From the NCBI GenBank assembly GCA_032718475.1, contig JAUCBJ010003267.1:33512-97511 (forward strand): a DNA stretch of 64,000 nucleotides, read 5' to 3'. A model generated the notes under the pieces. It made no database searches. It saw only the letters and a program-made list of their open reading frames with translations, and was not told the origin of the DNA. Below are positions 60,301 to 64,000 of this stretch, one piece after another. This DNA comes from Nemertoderma westbladi (Eukaryota; Animalia; Xenacoelomorpha). Made by a program: the position numbers and the translations under genes. How positions within the stretch are numbered: position 1 is the stretch's first letter; the number at the start of each line of letters is the position of its first letter.

Positions 60301-63300
60301 TAACGCTGTATGAGCCGTCGTGATGCCTATATCTAACGCTGTATGAGCCGTCGTGATGCCTATATCTAACGCTGTATGAGCCGTCGTGATGCCTATATCT
60401 AACGCTGTATGAGCCGTCGTGATGCCTATATCTAACGCTGTATGAGCCGTCGTGATGCCTATATCTAACGCTGTATGAGCCGTCGTGATGCCTATATCTA
60501 ACGCTGTATGAGCCGTCGTGATGCCTATATCTAACGCTGTATGAGCCGTCGTGATGCCTATATCTAACGCTGTATGAGCCGTCGTGATGCCTATATCTAA
60601 CGCTGTATGAGCCGTCGTGATGCCTATATCTAACGCTGTATGAGCCGTCGTGATGCCTATATCTAACGCTGTATGAGCCGTCGTGATGCCTATATCTAAC
60701 GCTGTATGAGCCGTCGTGATGCCTATATCTAACGCTGTATGAGCCGTCGTGATGCCTATATCTAACGCTGTATGAGCCGTCGTGATGCCTATATCTAACG
60801 CTGTATGAGCCGTCGTGATGCCTATATCTAACGCTGTATGAGCCGTCGTGATGCCTATATCTAACGCTGTATGAGCCGTCGTGATGCCTATATCTAACGC
60901 TGTATGAGCCGTCGTGATGCCTATATCTAACGCTGTATGAGCCGTCGTGATGCCTATATCTAACGCTGTATGAGCCGTCGTGATGCCTATATCTAACGCT
61001 GTATGAGCCGTCGTGATGCCTATATCTAACGCTGTATGAGCCGTCGTGATGCCTATATCTAACGCTGTATGAGCCGTCGTGATGCCTATATCTAACGCTG
61101 TATGAGCCGTCGTGATGCCTATATCTAACGCTGTATGAGCCGTCGTGATGCCTATATCTAACGCTGTATGAGCCGTCGTGATGCCTATATCTAACGCTGT
61201 ATGAGCCGTCGTGATGCCTATATCTAACGCTGTATGAGCCGTCGTGATGCCTATATCTAACGCTGTATGAGCCGTCGTGATGCCTATATCTAACGCTGTA
61301 TGAGCCGTCGTGATGCCTATATCTAACGCTGTATGAGCCGTCGTGATGCCTATATCTAACGCTGTATGAGCCGTCGTGATGCCTATATCTAACGCTGTAT
61401 GAGCCGTCGTGATGCCTATATCTAACGCTGTATGAGCCGTCGTGATGCCTATATCTAACGCTGTATGAGCCGTCGTGATGCCTATATCTAACGCTGTATG
61501 AGCCGTCGTGATGCCTATATCTAACGCTGTATGAGCCGTCGTGATGCCTATATCTAACGCTGTATGAGCCGTCGTGATGCCTATATCTAACGCTGTATGA
61601 GCCGTCGTGATGCCTATATCTAACGCTGTATGAGCCGTCGTGATGCCTATATCTAACGCTGTATGAGCCGTCGTGATGCCTATATCTAACGCTGTATGAG
61701 CCGTCGTGATGCCTATATCTAACGCTGTATGAGCCGTCGTGATGCCTATATCTAACGCTGTATGAGCCGTCGTGATGCCTATATCTAACGCTGTATGAGC
61801 CGTCGTGATGCCTATATCTAACGCTGTATGAGCCGTCGTGATGCCTATATCTAACGCTGTATGAGCCGTCGTGATGCCTATATCTAACGCTGTATGAGCC
61901 GTCGTGATGCCTATATCTAACGCTGTATGAGCCGTCGTGATGCCTATATCTAACGCTGTATGAGCCGTCGTGATGCCTATATCTAACGCTGTATGAGCCG
62001 TCGTGATGCCTATATCTAACGCTGTATGAGCCGTCGTGATGCCTATATCTAACGCTGTATGAGCCGTCGTGATGCCTATATCTAACGCTGTATGAGCCGT
62101 CGTGATGCCTATATCTAACGCTGTATGAGCCGTCGTGATGCCTATATCTAACGCTGTATGAGCCGTCGTGATGCCTATATCTAACGCTGTATGAGCCGTC
62201 GTGATGCCTATATCTAACGCTGTATGAGCCGTCGTGATGCCTATATCTAACGCTGTATGAGCCGTCGTGATGCCTATATCTAACGCTGTATGAGCCGTCG
62301 TGATGCCTATATCTAACGCTGTATGAGCCGTCGTGATGCCTATATCTAACGCTGTATGAGCCGTCGTGATGCCTATATCTAACGCTGTATGAGCCGTCGT
62401 GATGCCTATATCTAACGCTGTATGAGCCGTCGTGATGCCTATATCTAACGCTGTATGAGCCGTCGTGATGCCTATATCTAACGCTGTATGAGCCGTCGTG
62501 ATGCCTATATCTAACGCTGTATGAGCCGTCGTGATGCCTATATCTAACGCTGTATGAGCCGTCGTGATGCCTATATCTAACGCTGTATGAGCCGTCGTGA
62601 TGCCTATATCTAACGCTGTATGAGCCGTCGTGATGCCTATATCTAACGCTGTATGAGCCGTCGTGATGCCTATATCTAACGCTGTATGAGCCGTCGTGAT
62701 GCCTATATCTAACGCTGTATGAGCCGTCGTGATGCCTATATCTAACGCTGTATGAGCCGTCGTGATGCCTATATCTAACGCTGTATGAGCCGTCGTGATG
62801 CCTATATCTAACGCTGTATGAGCCGTCGTGATGCCTATATCTAACGCTGTATGAGCCGTCGTGATGCCTATATCTAACGCTGTATGAGCCGTCGTGATGC
62901 CTATATCTAACGCTGTATGAGCCGTCGTGATGCCTATATCTAACGCTGTATGAGCCGTCGTGATGCCTATATCTAACGCTGTATGAGCCGTCGTGATGCC
63001 TATATCTAACGCTGTATGAGCCGTCGTGATGCCTATATCTAACGCTGTATGAGCCGTCGTGATGCCTATATCTAACGCTGTATGAGCCGTCGTGATGCCT
63101 ATATCTAACGCTGTATGAGCCGTCGTGATGCCTATATCTAACGCTGTATGAGCCGTCGTGATGCCTATATCTAACGCTGTATGAGCCGTCGTGATGCCTA
63201 TATCTAACGCTGTATGAGCCGTCGTGATGCCTATATCTAACGCTGTATGAGCCGTCGTGATGCCTATATCTAACGCTGTATGAGCCGTCGTGATGCCTAT

Positions 63301-64000
63301 ATCTAACGCTGTATGAGCCGTCGTGATGCCTATATCTAACGCTGTATGAGCCGTCGTGATGCCTATATCTAACGCTGTATGAGCCGTCGTGATGCCTATA
63401 TCTAACGCTGTATGAGCCGTCGTGATGCCTATATCTAACGCTGTATGAGCCGTCGTGATGCCTATATCTAACGCTGTATGAGCCGTCGTGATGCCTATAT
63501 CTAACGCTGTATGAGCCGTCGTGATGCCTATATCTAACGCTGTATGAGCCGTCGTGATGCCTATATCTAACGCTGTATGAGCCGTCGTGATGCCTATATC
63601 TAACGCTGTATGAGCCGTCGTGATGCCTATATCTAACGCTGTATGAGCCGTCGTGATGCCTATATCTAACGCTGTATGAGCCGTCGTGATGCCTATATCT
63701 AACGCTGTATGAGCCGTCGTGATGCCTATATCTAACGCTGTATGAGCCGTCGTGATGCCTATATCTAACGCTGTATGAGCCGTCGTGATGCCTATATCTA
63801 ACGCTGTATGAGCCGTCGTGATGCCTATATCTAACGCTGTATGAGCCGTCGTGATGCCTATATCTAACGCTGTATGAGCCGTCGTGATGCCTATATCTAA
63901 CGCTGTATGAGCCGTCGTGATGCCTATATCTAACGCTGTATGAGCCGTCGTGATGCCTATATCTAACGCTGTATGAGCCGTCGTGATGCCTATATCTAAC
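57336..64000. repeat. 33-bp tandem array, ~202 copies, continues beyond the window
   Basis: Unit CTGTATGAGCCGTCGTGATGCCTATATCTAACG; no variant unit noticed. Confidence 0.99.

Noticed and set aside
57336-64000. Canonical telomere
   Set aside because: No TTAGGG/TTAGG-type unit or G-rich strand bias, and the host gene appears to continue beyond the array.

Overview
Repeat-rich eukaryotic (metazoan, probably invertebrate) genomic DNA with spliceosomal introns; not prokaryotic. From left to right: an intact BEL/Pao LTR-retrotransposon polyprotein (minus, 2613 aa) with a PBS and probable 5' LTR; an ~8 kb 71-bp satellite; one minus-strand exon of an STK33-like kinase; and a nest of RTE-clade LINE fragments. 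Six phase-compatible exons of a diacylglycerol kinase theta (DGKQ) gene follow on the plus strand. Its introns hold an intronless CLEC16A gene (same strand), an antisense orphan ORF, several MITE/foldback and HINE-like elements, and four minisatellites, the last a perfectly homogeneous 33-bp array running off the right end. Most unusual signals: (1) nine palindromic TA-NNNN-TA 8-mers clustered inside the retrotransposon ORF that look like frame-preserving DNA-transposon excision footprints; (2) a 7.7 kb intronic minisatellite apparently born from a DGKQ splice acceptor, each unit mimicking a 3' splice site; (3) an intronless CLEC16A nested in DGKQ; (4) STK33 and DGKQ appear interleaved on opposite strands; (5) foldback elements carrying tRNA-like Pol III heads. 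Family and gene assignments come from motif recognition by eye, not database searches.
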